Assembly: GCA_020891255.1 (NCBI GenBank)
Contig: BQFW01000010.1
Span: 248,001 to 312,000 of the forward strand
Reading direction: 5' to 3'
From: Entomortierella parvispora E1425
Lineage: Eukaryota; Fungi; Mortierellomycota
DNA: 64,000 bases
Below the pieces are notes generated by a model, which ran no database searches, was not told the origin of the DNA, and saw nothing but the letters and a program-made list of their open reading frames with translations. The translations under genes were made by a program, and so were the position numbers. Each line of letters begins with the position of its first letter. Position 1 is the first letter of the stretch. Below, piece after piece: positions 48,222 through 58,171 of the stretch.

Positions 48222-50216
48222 CTAATCATCTCGATCGTCTCCCATGTCGCCATGGCTCACCCAGATACAATGGACTTCTGGTCTCTGCTGCTGAAGTGAT
48301 CGGGTCAGATCCTCGCCTACATCGAACGCATCGTCGCTTCCAAACTCCACGTGGTTCAGTTTCGGATGTCGCGCCTTGTTGGCCAACTCTGCCACAACAG
48401 CCTGGTCCAGGATAGAGTGAGTGAACCAGACACTGATGGATTCAAGATTTGAGGGCCGGCGGGCCACGCCCAACTGAGTAGGATCTTCGTTGGCTGAATC
48501 GTCCATATCCTCGTCTGCTGAAGAGACGCCAGCATTGTCGGAGGTTGAATTTCCGCGGACTGGTGTTGGGACCAGGGCACTAGAGTGGGAGGAATGAGAC
48601 GAAGCAGACCAACCTGAGCCAGAAGACGTTCCACGGAAAGTACCGAGAGGATAGTCGGCGACCGAATGACCCTTGGGAGGCCGTCCAACTTCCACACCTT
48701 CCAAGTGTTGTAGCATCCTGAGTATGTGGGAAGACCTGATAAGATCCCGATGCGACTGCGTTGCGTGAAGATCAATGATCTTCAGTCCCGGACAGAGTTT
48801 TGCGAGTTTTCGTAGGAAGGAGCCACGGAGTGGGTTGCCTTGCCAACATTGCGTCAGATGCACTTCGGTGAGATAAGGCAAAGAGTGCTGAGCCATCGCC
48901 AAGAGATACTGAGGTGGGAGAGTGCAGTTTGTAAAATGAATGGATTTGATTCCTGACTGAGCCTGCTGATTAGATGATGGAACGCTCGTCACAGTGACGG
49001 GTGTCTGCAGAGTCGGATTGGATATAGCAGCGGCATTCATTCCTGGGACCGGAGGCACTGGAGGTAGTGTAGCATTTGCATTCCCGTCAGCTGCTGATGG
49101 ATTTAAAGTGCTCATGTTTAGAAACGAAGGTGGACGAGGTGCCTGCACCTCCGATACTCCATGACCATCTCTACCGTCCGGGATCTGGTTCTGATAGCTT
49201 TTGAGGTCGAATTTTGGAGGTAGTGGCCTTAAATCTGTCGCTGCGCCCAAGACCGACACTGGGTGGAATCCTGAGAACCAAAGCTTCTCCAGTTTTGGGC
49301 AAGAGCTTGCCAATAGTCGCAGTAACCTTCCGCTTTGTGATGTGCTGGATGCCATGATGGTCTCATCGTCCGCAGGATCTAATCCAGCTTTGGGCTTTGT
49401 AGTGGTGTTGTAGGGGTCCAAGCTGAGTGACTGCGAGTGCGAATGAGATCGTTTTTCGGTGAATGATCCAGAGGACTGGGAAGCGAGGGTATTCGTAGAT
49501 GCAAAAGACGGTGAAAGGTGTAGTGCTGTTCTTTGTTGTAGTGGGTCATCATCATCTCTTCCTGCCGAGGCTATGACCCCCCTGAGCCAAAGGTCTTCTG
49601 TCGGAATAGCTGACTGGATGGAGAACGATCGGAGTTCCGTGCAGCAAGGAATCACCTCCATGAGATCCTGGATCATGTCGGCGCTTGACAACGATACGTG
49701 AAGAGAGTGGATCATGGCGTGATAAGGCAGCAGCGTCGGCCATGGATACGAGTTTCTCCGCCTCATTCCTGATGGCTGTTCTTGTTCTCCTTGTACGGTA
49801 ATCATAGGGTTTGAATTCAGCCCTGAAGATGAAGATAATGACGTGTCTATTGCTGCATTCAAATCGACGGTAGCAGGTGGGTCGCTGATGGTGGTCTGCA
49901 CGCTCTTTGTGATCAAAAAGACTATCCTGTTGGAGTTGGCCGAATACTGGACATCCTCCCACAGCTTTGCGGCGCAGATATGCGCCCAGGTCCAGTTGAG
50001 GGTCATCACCTTGACGAGCTCGCGATTATCGAGATAGTTGACAATAAGATGGATGATTTCAGGCGGCACGGACGTTCCCCCAGGGTTGGCCATAGTTGCT
50101 TGCGGTAGGAGCTGTTGTGATATGGTCGTCTGCTGGAACTGGAGCGGGTCCTGAGTTGGAGGCGGCGGCGCGATTGTCCCGCCTGTTGAGTGCATGAGGT
50201 CCGAGATGATGTTCAT
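48222..50216 (-). CDS. F-box-like/LRR protein with Ser/Pro-rich insertions
   Basis: Likely start MNIISD at 50216. VPPEIIHLIVNYLDNRELVKVMTLNWTWAHICAAKLW F-box; CPKLEKL and CPGLKII LRR-like units. Confidence 0.8.
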   Translation of the reverse strand: MNIISDLMHSTGGTIAPPPPTQDPLQFQQTTISQQLLPQATMANPGGTSVPPEIIHLIVNYLDNRELVKVMTLNWTWAHICAAKLWEDVQYSANSNRIVFLITKSVQTTISDPPATVDLNAAIDTSLSSSSGLNSNPMITVQGEQEQPSGMRRRNSYPWPTLLPYHAMIHSLHVSLSSADMIQDLMEVIPCCTELRSFSIQSAIPTEDLWLRGVIASAGRDDDDPLQQRTALHLSPSFASTNTLASQSSGSFTEKRSHSHSQSLSLDPYNTTTKPKAGLDPADDETIMASSTSQSGRLLRLLASSCPKLEKLWFSGFHPVSVLGAATDLRPLPPKFDLKSYQNQIPDGRDGHGVSEVQAPRPPSFLNMSTLNPSAADGNANATLPPVPPVPGMNAAAISNPTLQTPVTVTSVPSSNQQAQSGIKSIHFTNCTLPPQYLLAMAQHSLPYLTEVHLTQCWQGNPLRGSFLRKLAKLCPGLKIIDLHATQSHRDLIRSSHILRMLQHLEGVEVGRPPKGHSVADYPLGTFRGTSSGSGWSASSHSSHSSALVPTPVRGNSTSDNAGVSSADEDMDDSANEDPTQLGVARRPSNLESISVWFTHSILDQAVVAELANKARHPKLNHVEFGSDDAFDVGEDLTRSLQQQRPEVHCIWVSHGDMGDDRDD

Positions 50217-50568
50217 CCTTGGAGTGATGCAGTTGGAAAAAAAGGGGAGAAAGAGACTTGAGAGAATGACGAGAGAATGACGAGAGAAAAAGAAGAGGAG
50301 AAAGAAGGAGGGAGCGAGCGTGAGAAGGAACGGTGTTTTCTTGCTCGATCGCGTGCCGGGCATGCAGCAGTTTTAATGAAGAGACCAAAAGAAAGAAAGA
50401 ATTAGTCGCACGTGATCTGAATTCACTTTTTGGTGGCAACAGGAGTTGAAATTGAAGTGCCGATCCCGATCCCAACGGATTCTCCGATCCCAGCTAGCCA
50501 GACAGAAAGAGAACAAGGGCTCTGACCACTTTTTGTTCCTTCTCTTCTCCTCACATCACTTCCCCACT

Positions 50569-52024
50569 ATGGTGCGTAGATCATATCCATCCATCCATCC
50601 ATCCGTCCATCTATCCATCCAACTCTTTACCCTTCCAGCGATCCAATCTGAACACCCTTCCTGCTGCTCTTTCGAATCTGTCCAAAATGCCACTCTCCAC
50701 AGAATCTACACTCTTTGATTTTCCTCCATTCAGCTCTTCAATCTGATCTGATCTGATCTGATTAGAGCCAAATCTCCAAATCCCCTGAATTCAGTCTCAA
50801 TGCACAAAATCAGCTTTGCCCCCTCCTTCTCAAACTAACATTCATCTTTTTTCTCCTCTTCAGTCTCACCGCAAGTTTGAGAGACCACGCCACGGTTCCC
50901 TCGGGTTTCTTCCCCGTAAGCGCGCTGCCCGCCACAGAGGAAAGGCCAAGTCCTTCCCCAAGGATGATGCCTCCAAGCCCGTCCACTTGACTGCCTTCAT
51001 GGGTTACAAGGCCGGTATGACCCACGTTGTCCGTGACTTGGACCGTCCCGGTTCCAAGATGCACAAGAAGGAGATTGTTGAGGCCGTTACCATTATCGAG
51101 ACTCCCCCCATGGTCGTCGTCGGTGTTGTCGGATACGTTGAGACCCCAAGAGGACTCCGTTCCCTGACCACCGTCTGGGCCGAGCATTTGTCCGAGGAGT
51201 TGCGTCGTCGCTTCTACAAGAACTGGTACCGCTCCAAGAAAAAGGCCTTCACCAAGTACGCCAAGCAGCACTCCAACGGTGCCAAGCCCGTTCTCCGCGA
51301 GCTCGAGCGTATCAAGAAGTACTGCTCCGTCGTCCGTGTCATTGCCCACACTCAGGTCCGCAAGGCCAAGATTGGTCAGAAGAAGGCTCACGTTATGGAG
51401 GTTCAGTTGAACGGTGGATCCGTTGCTGACAAGGTCAACTTTGCCTACGAGCACTTTGAGAAGACCGTCGACATCAACTCGGTCTTGGAGCAGGATGAGA
51501 TGATCGATGTTATTGCCGTCACCAAGGGTCACGGTTTCGAGGGTGTCACCCATCGTTGGGGCACCAAGAAGTTGCCTCGCAAGACCCACAAGGGTCTCCG
51601 CAAGGTTGCTTGTATTGGAGCTTGGCATCCTTCCCGAGTCATGTACTCGGTTCCCCGTGCTGGTCAGAACGGTTACCATCACCGTACTGAGGTCAACAAG
51701 AAGATCTACCGCATCGGAAAGGGCGAGGACAAGTCCAACGCCAAGACCGAGTACGATTTGACCGAGAAGCCCATTACTCCCCTCGGTGGCTTCCCCCACT
51801 ACGGTATCGTCAACGAGGACTTTGTCATGATCAAGGGATGCTGCGCTGGTACCCGCAAGCGCGTCGTCACTCTCCGCAAGTCCCTCTTGGTCCACACCAA
51901 GCGCTCTGCTTTGGAGAACGTCCAGCTCAAGTTCATCGATACCTCCTCCAAGTTCGGACACGGTCGCTTCCAGACTCGCGAGGAGCGCCAGCAGTTCCAG
52001 GGTACCCTCAAGCGGGACCTTTAA
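50569..52024 (+). CDS. RPL3: 60S ribosomal protein L3 (exon 1 = ATG only, 50569-50571; exon 2 = 50864-52024)
   Basis: M|[29 protein letters not shown]; intron gtgcgt..ctaac..cag; strongly biased codon use. Confidence 0.98.
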
Positions 52025-54088
52025 AAAGTTCCTTTTGGACTTCTGCATGTACTCCCACTCTTTGCATCTGCACTTGTAAAATAAAAACACTTAAAAAACC
52101 CCCCCCCCCCCCCAAATATATCTTTGACCTATGGTGTCATTAGGCGGACTTGTCTAGGATTGAATGGACGCGTCTGGTAAGCACAGGAGTTGAGTTTTTC
52201 TCCAGCGATCCAGAGACCATTCTTCTTTTGGTCAAGCCTCGGGTTCGACCGACAATCCTCAAAGTCCGTCTGTCGGTTTGCCTCAAAATGACCAAAGAGA
52301 CAAACATTGTGAGCGAATAATGACCATGACACCAATGCTTGAACGCGTTTGACTTTGAATTTTATTTTTCTCTTTGGCTCTTCCTCCTCGCTCACCCATA
52401 TCAGGTGGCGACCGATACAAACAAAAACAAAATGGATAGAACCCAGACCTGCCATCCTCAGGTCCCGATTGTTGCACAGAGGGTCCATGGGCCCGCACCG
52501 AGGGCAAGGCACAGACAAGAGGGGGACCGAACCCCAGGACAAGTGTCATTTCTTGTCTTTTTTTCTTTTTTTTTTTTGTTGACGCTTGACAACATGTTGG
52601 CATGGTTGGCTGGGCATGAATGCACTGTTGCACTTTCGTTTTCATGCTTTCATGCAGTTGACCGCAGCATGCACTTTGGACTTTGGCTCTCTGCTTGGGC
52701 GTATGTTGATTTGTTTATTTATTTTTTGGTCCAAGGGGACCCTTTGTCCACTTGTGCGCCCAACCTCTTTGTCTTCCATCTTCCTTGCACCGTGCGGGTT
52801 TGTTGGAGTGGACAGTCCTTTTCCTCCTTCCTTGTCCTCCTTTTTTCAGCTCTTCTTTGTCTTTCTTTCCCCCGCCCCTTCAAAAAAACTGAGTCGTGGT
52901 TGAGTAGTCTTTGTGGAATTGGTTGAAAGGGCGAAGTCTGTCTGTCTGGCGAAGCAAAGAAGGCGATGCGGAATATTTTTTTCTTGTTTGCCAAGATTTC
53001 CCCTTTTGGCAGACATTGGAAGTGGACGTATGCAGTCTGTGCCGAGAATTGAATGGAAAATGCGACCCATCGATGAGCCCCATTGAAATGTTACGGCCGG
53101 CTTCACCAAATGCATCAACTTCGCACCCACGAAATAAGAATGGATAAACAAACCGCCCAAGAAGAGGCCGCCTCAAGGATTCAATTGTCCTTCTGGACAA
53201 CAGGTCCTTTTGGTCTCTGACCCAAAAAAAAAGCGTCCGTGGTCCAACCAAACAAAATGAAGCCAAAAAGTAAACCAACGGCGACCACATCAACAATGCT
53301 GCAGAGTGATCGCTGCAGGACAGTGCAGAAGCTTGACAGACTAACGACAACAAGCAAGACAGCATGGGTGCAGGAGTGAGGTTGAATGGATTCAGAGAGA
53401 ACAAGGCGTGCCCATACCCCGACAAACAAGACCTTCACCATCCGAACCCCCCTCGGTCCTCCTCATCATCGGCCCACCACATTGAGGCGCTGCGTCTGAG
53501 CCATGGGCACTGTGCTCGGAGACAGCTGAGAACCCCGACCATCCGAGGAGAACGAGCAAGAAACCCACATATCCCCCCGGTCCTCTCTTGCCCCTCGACC
53601 GTCCCTCCTCTCCCTTTAACTACTCTTGGACCCCCACCCTTCTCTCTTCTCCTCTCTCTTTTTTTCTTTCCTTCTTTCTTATTTCTCCACAACATCCTCT
53701 TCCCCTGCAAATCCAACCCCAACCCCCTTGCACCACCTCAACCATTTGATACCCTCATCCACCCAGACTCCACCTCAAGGACACATCATCTGCAGTAAGT
53801 TGCTTTTCATTTCTAGGCACCGTATCTATCAGTAATACATCAACTCAGTAGATGCCTTCATCCCTTCGCTTTCGCACTGCCAACACCAAGTGGAACGCGA
53901 CAGATAGAGCCTTAGCGTTGTTCATGAACACGAACATCGTGTTAATCATTTTAAACTTTTTTTTTCTTGCATGGTCGTCCCCCTCTGCAGGCGATTTCTC
54001 GGTACAAGAAAACCACATCCTAGTCGCACACACCCAACAAACTTTTTTTCCCCCTTTCATTCTTTCCTGATCCTTCATCATCGACACC

Positions 54089-55085
54089 ATGAGCCGCGTT
54101 CGATATGGATACCTATCCCGTAAGGAAATGGAGCTTGACTGAATAACCTTTGCGCATATCTACTGCTTGCTTCCGAGTTAAACTAACACAGGATATTACC
54201 TTTTCTACCATATTCTTTAGGAGAGTACGCCGACAGACACATGGGCGCGTTCAGACTGAACAAACCACCTATGTTTGAGCAAGTCTCGATGGCGGTCCAT
54301 CAAGGAAACCACTGCTTTGCTTTGATTGGCAAGCGGTCTGAAATCCACAAGTGGTTGACGGAGGTCCACCCAGAGATGACGGTCAGCGTCACAGAGACCT
54401 TTGACTGGCGAAAGGACTCTCCCTATGCGGGATTGTTCAAGGTTACGGTTCGATCCGTCCATGTTGGCTACCGATTCTTCTACCTCATGTAAGCAGATTG
54501 CATGGCTATGGAACAATTCTCGGTAATGAGTTGAAGCGCCAATCTGCTAATAGAACGAAAAACTATGGCATAGGTTCGGAAAGAAGTTGACCAGCAAACT
54601 GTTGGTCGAGTTCTCGCCTTGGGATGGTAAAGCCAAACCTGGTGAACCCATGCCCCTGGAGCGAGATGACATTGATGCCATCCCCTTGTCTGGTGAATCC
54701 ATACTTGTCAAGTCTGGATCAACGATGGCCGAGGGTAAGTTTTTCGTTTCAAGTGGATGAGAGTCCCATAGGTCAACTTGTAAAAAAATCTCACTGTGTT
54801 CCGTTGAACTCTTTTCCTCCAATTTCTGAATTGTTTTTGATAGTCTCTGAGAAACTGAAAACGAAGCGCAAGGTCATGGACACGGCTGGAGGAGTCAAGG
54901 TCATGGGGGTGAGGTTGGAGCGCGCCTCGACTTTTTCGTCTGTCCATAAACCAAAATCGGATCATGCGGTGACACCGGGGACTGGACAATCTGCACGGTC
55001 GTCCATGGATGAAAAGACGGGTGACGAGCGAAAGAGAAGGGCCTCTTCGTTCTCGTTGTCAAAGATTCTCTCACGAGAGCACTAA
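54089..55085 (+). CDS. Hypothetical 233-aa protein (exons 54089-54119, 54221-54488, 54574-54734, 54844-55085)
   Basis: Three gtaag donors with AG acceptors (ctaac/ctaat branch motifs in introns 1-2) join into one 702-nt frame: MSRVRYGYLSREYADRHMGAF..YRFFYLMFGKKLTSK..STMAEVSEKLK..REH*. Confidence 0.7.
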
Positions 55086-56145
55086 GTGATTTTTTTTCTG
55101 TGTTAACCGCGTATCGTAGTTTAGTATTTCTATCCCTTCGTTTTGTACTCTCTTCTTTCCCGCTTGTCCCAAGATTGCTTACTGTCGTACTCACAGCAAA
55201 AGTATTTCTCCTTACCATTTCGATTATAGCATACTTTTTTCTTTTTGCCGTTGCACCCTGCACGCCTCATAATCCATGATCCCAATCCATCGCAATTGAG
55301 CATTTGATATGATCAAATAAATGATTTTTGGTCATGTAAAAACAGCTTGCACAGACAGCATCGATTTGAACCAAGAACCCATTTGGTTACACTTCAGGAT
55401 ACAAACAACACAGACAGCTTGTCCCTCCGTTCAGCAAAACAGAGTCTGCGGGGGTTTTTTTTCTTGTACCTTTTCCGTTTGTGTCATATGCATGTCCTCG
55501 AGGCAACAAAAATGACACCCACGATCAACATTTGGATTTGTAGAGTTTTTGTTCGCGAACAGAATTTCCGGCGATAGCGACGCTCAAAAGGGCGATGACG
55601 ACCAACAGATATTGAAACTCCATTTCACAGTGCAGGGTCGGGTGGGTGGTGATGGGCAGAGAAATGAAAAGTTCGAGAAAACGAAAGGTGTGAAAGAGGC
55701 ATTATTCAGCTGAACTAAGGGTCAAGGACAAGTCTGTGGGAGTCGAGATACAATATCTCGTTCTCGAACGCGCGAACGCGCGACCAAGCACAGCGTTTTA
55801 AAGGTGGCTTATCTCGACAAGAAATGTGACTTCTCCATCCTATAAACAACTGTGACTGTTGCATTTTTTTCTTTTTTTTTCCTTCTCCTACTAGCGCATC
55901 CAGGGCAAGACAGACCCACAGCGCCCAGCTGGCTTTCCTGTGGTGCGACTGCGGACAACCTTCCACTTTTCTTTTTGTTCGAATCCTACCTTTTTCTCCT
56001 TCCTCTTCGGCCATTTGTCATCCTCCTTTGTCATCTCGTCTCATTTGTCCTCTTGTCGTGTCCTTCATCTCTCTGTCTCCATCCATTCTCTTCCTTCCTT
56101 CATTGCACCCCCATACCTTTCTTCACCCCCGTCAATTCATATACA

Positions 56146-57817
56146 ATGGAGTACAGACCCGAGCTCACCACACAGCAGATGTAAGTCGTCATTGCATGCT
56201 TGCATTCAGCCCATGCTTCTCTCAGCGCAAGGAACCTGCCGCAGCCGAGGCAATCTCTAAACTGATGGGCTAACAATGAACCTACTACCTCGATGCCCTC
56301 ATAGTCTGTGCTGCTCATGCGGAACCACCATCCCCCCCAACCCCACCAACATGTGCATCAACTGTATTCGCAACCAGGTTGATATCACTGAGGGTATTCC
56401 CAAGCATGCCACTATTTGCTTCTGCCGTAACTGCGACCGTTACTTGCAGCCCCCCATGCTCTGGGTTGCCTGTCAGCTCGAGTCCAGAGAGTTGTTGGCT
56501 CTGTGCTTAAAGAAGTTGAAGGGTTTGAACAAGGTCCGTTTGGTCGATGCTGGATTCATCTGGACAGAGCCTCACTCAAAACGTATCAAGCTCAAGTTGA
56601 CGATCCAGAAGGAGGTCTTCACATCAACCATCTTGCAGCAGATCTTTGAGGTCGAGTTTGTGGTCTCTCACCAACAGTGCGATGACTGTGCCAAGGTCAT
56701 GGCGCAGAACACATGGAAGGCTATGGTCCAGGTCCGTCAAAAGGTCGATCACAAGCGTACTTTCTTGTACCTGGAACAGTTGATCATCAAGCACAGCGCC
56801 CACAAGGATACCATCAACATCAAGGAGTGCAAGGACGGTCTGGATTTCTACTATGCTTCGCGTTCGCATGCGCTCAAGATGGTCGAGTTCTTGTCCGCAA
56901 TTACCCCCTTGAAGAGCAAAGCTTCCGAGCAGTTGATCTCTACCGATATTCACTCTGGTACCTCCAACTACAAGTTCTCGTACTCTGTGGAGTTGGTCCC
57001 CATCTGCAAGGACGATCTCATTTGCTTGCCTCCCAAGATTGCCAAGGCTCTCGGTAACATCAGCCCCTTGGTCATCTGCTACCGTATCGGAAACTCGATC
57101 CACGTCATGGATGTCAACTCTTTGGCTGTTTCGGAAGTCTCGACGACGGCTTACTGGCGTACACCTTTCCAGGCCTTGGCCTCTGTGAAGCAATTGGTCG
57201 AGTACTACGTCTTGGATGTTGAGCCTTGCGGACCTGTCCGTGGCAAGTACGTTTTGGCAGATATTCAGATTGCCCGTTCCCAGGATGTCGGTCGCAACAA
57301 CACCACCTACTTTGCTCGCTCTCACCTCGGAGGTATTTTGAACCCCGGCGACAGTGTCTTGGGTTACGATATCGCCTCTTCCAACTTCAACAACGACTCT
57401 TTTGATTTGCTTCACCGTGGATCCCTTCCCGATGTGATCTTGATCAAGAAGGCCTACCCCGCCCACCGTAAGCGCAACAAGGGACGTAACTGGGAGCTTC
57501 GCAAGCTTCAGATGGAGGAGGAGGAGATGGCTCCCCGCAAGCAGGATCAGGAGCGTATCGAGCAAGATTATGAGATGTTCTTGCGTGATCTTGAGGAAGA
57601 TCCCGAGCTTCGTTCGACCGTCAACTTGTACAAGGCCGACAAGGTCAAGAAGCAGGATGATATGGCTATGGTGGAGGAGACTGACTCTGATTTCGATGAG
57701 GATGAGGGCTTCCCTGAGATTCAGTTGGACGAGTTGCTCGATAACTTGAAGTTGGACGATGGACCCGACAACGAGTTTGATGATGACGAGGAGAACGACG
57801 ATATGATGATGGATTAA
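56146..57817 (+). CDS. NMD3: 60S ribosomal export protein NMD3 (exons 56146-56180, 56305-57817)
   Basis: LCCSCGTTIPPNPTNMCINC, CRNCDRYLQPP, ELLALCLKKLKGL, VRLVDAGFIWTEPHSKRIK; acidic tail. Confidence 0.96.
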
Positions 57818-58171
57818 GGAAACCAGGGAAAAGAAAAAAAAAAGAGTTTTTTTTTATTTTTCTGTTCTATGTTTCCAGGAACCTGGAGCACACAAAAGAA
57901 AAAAAAAAAGACCCTTCCTTCGTTCTTGATTGATGGAGGTGGGTCAAACGATATCATTTATCATTTCCATAGTTTTCTCTTTCCTTTTTTTGTATTTGTA
58001 GACGAACCTCCAATTCCCTCACTTTATTACCTCATATCCATTTTTCTTTGTCATCTTTCACAATCCATCCCATCTATACTTCAAAAGACCAAAAAAGTAT
58101 AAAAATTGCATTTTATTATCACTCAAGTTTCTTGTCGATCATTTTTGCACCTACCGGTTGGGTATCATTGC

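Noticed and set aside
50572-50863. Intronic snoRNA in RPL3
   Set aside because: CTGA words come from a microsatellite; no box C (RTGATGA) or H/ACA hairpins were identified.
50810-52090. 426-aa antisense ORF over RPL3
   Set aside because: Shadow frame produced by the strong codon bias of RPL3; no recognisable motifs.
52236-52260. GGTTCGAC T-loop-like sequence
   Set aside because: No cloverleaf, A-box or acceptor stem; not a tRNA.
56624-57565. 313-aa antisense ORF over NMD3 (likewise 36116-36637 over enolase)
   Set aside because: Antisense shadows of well-supported biased genes.
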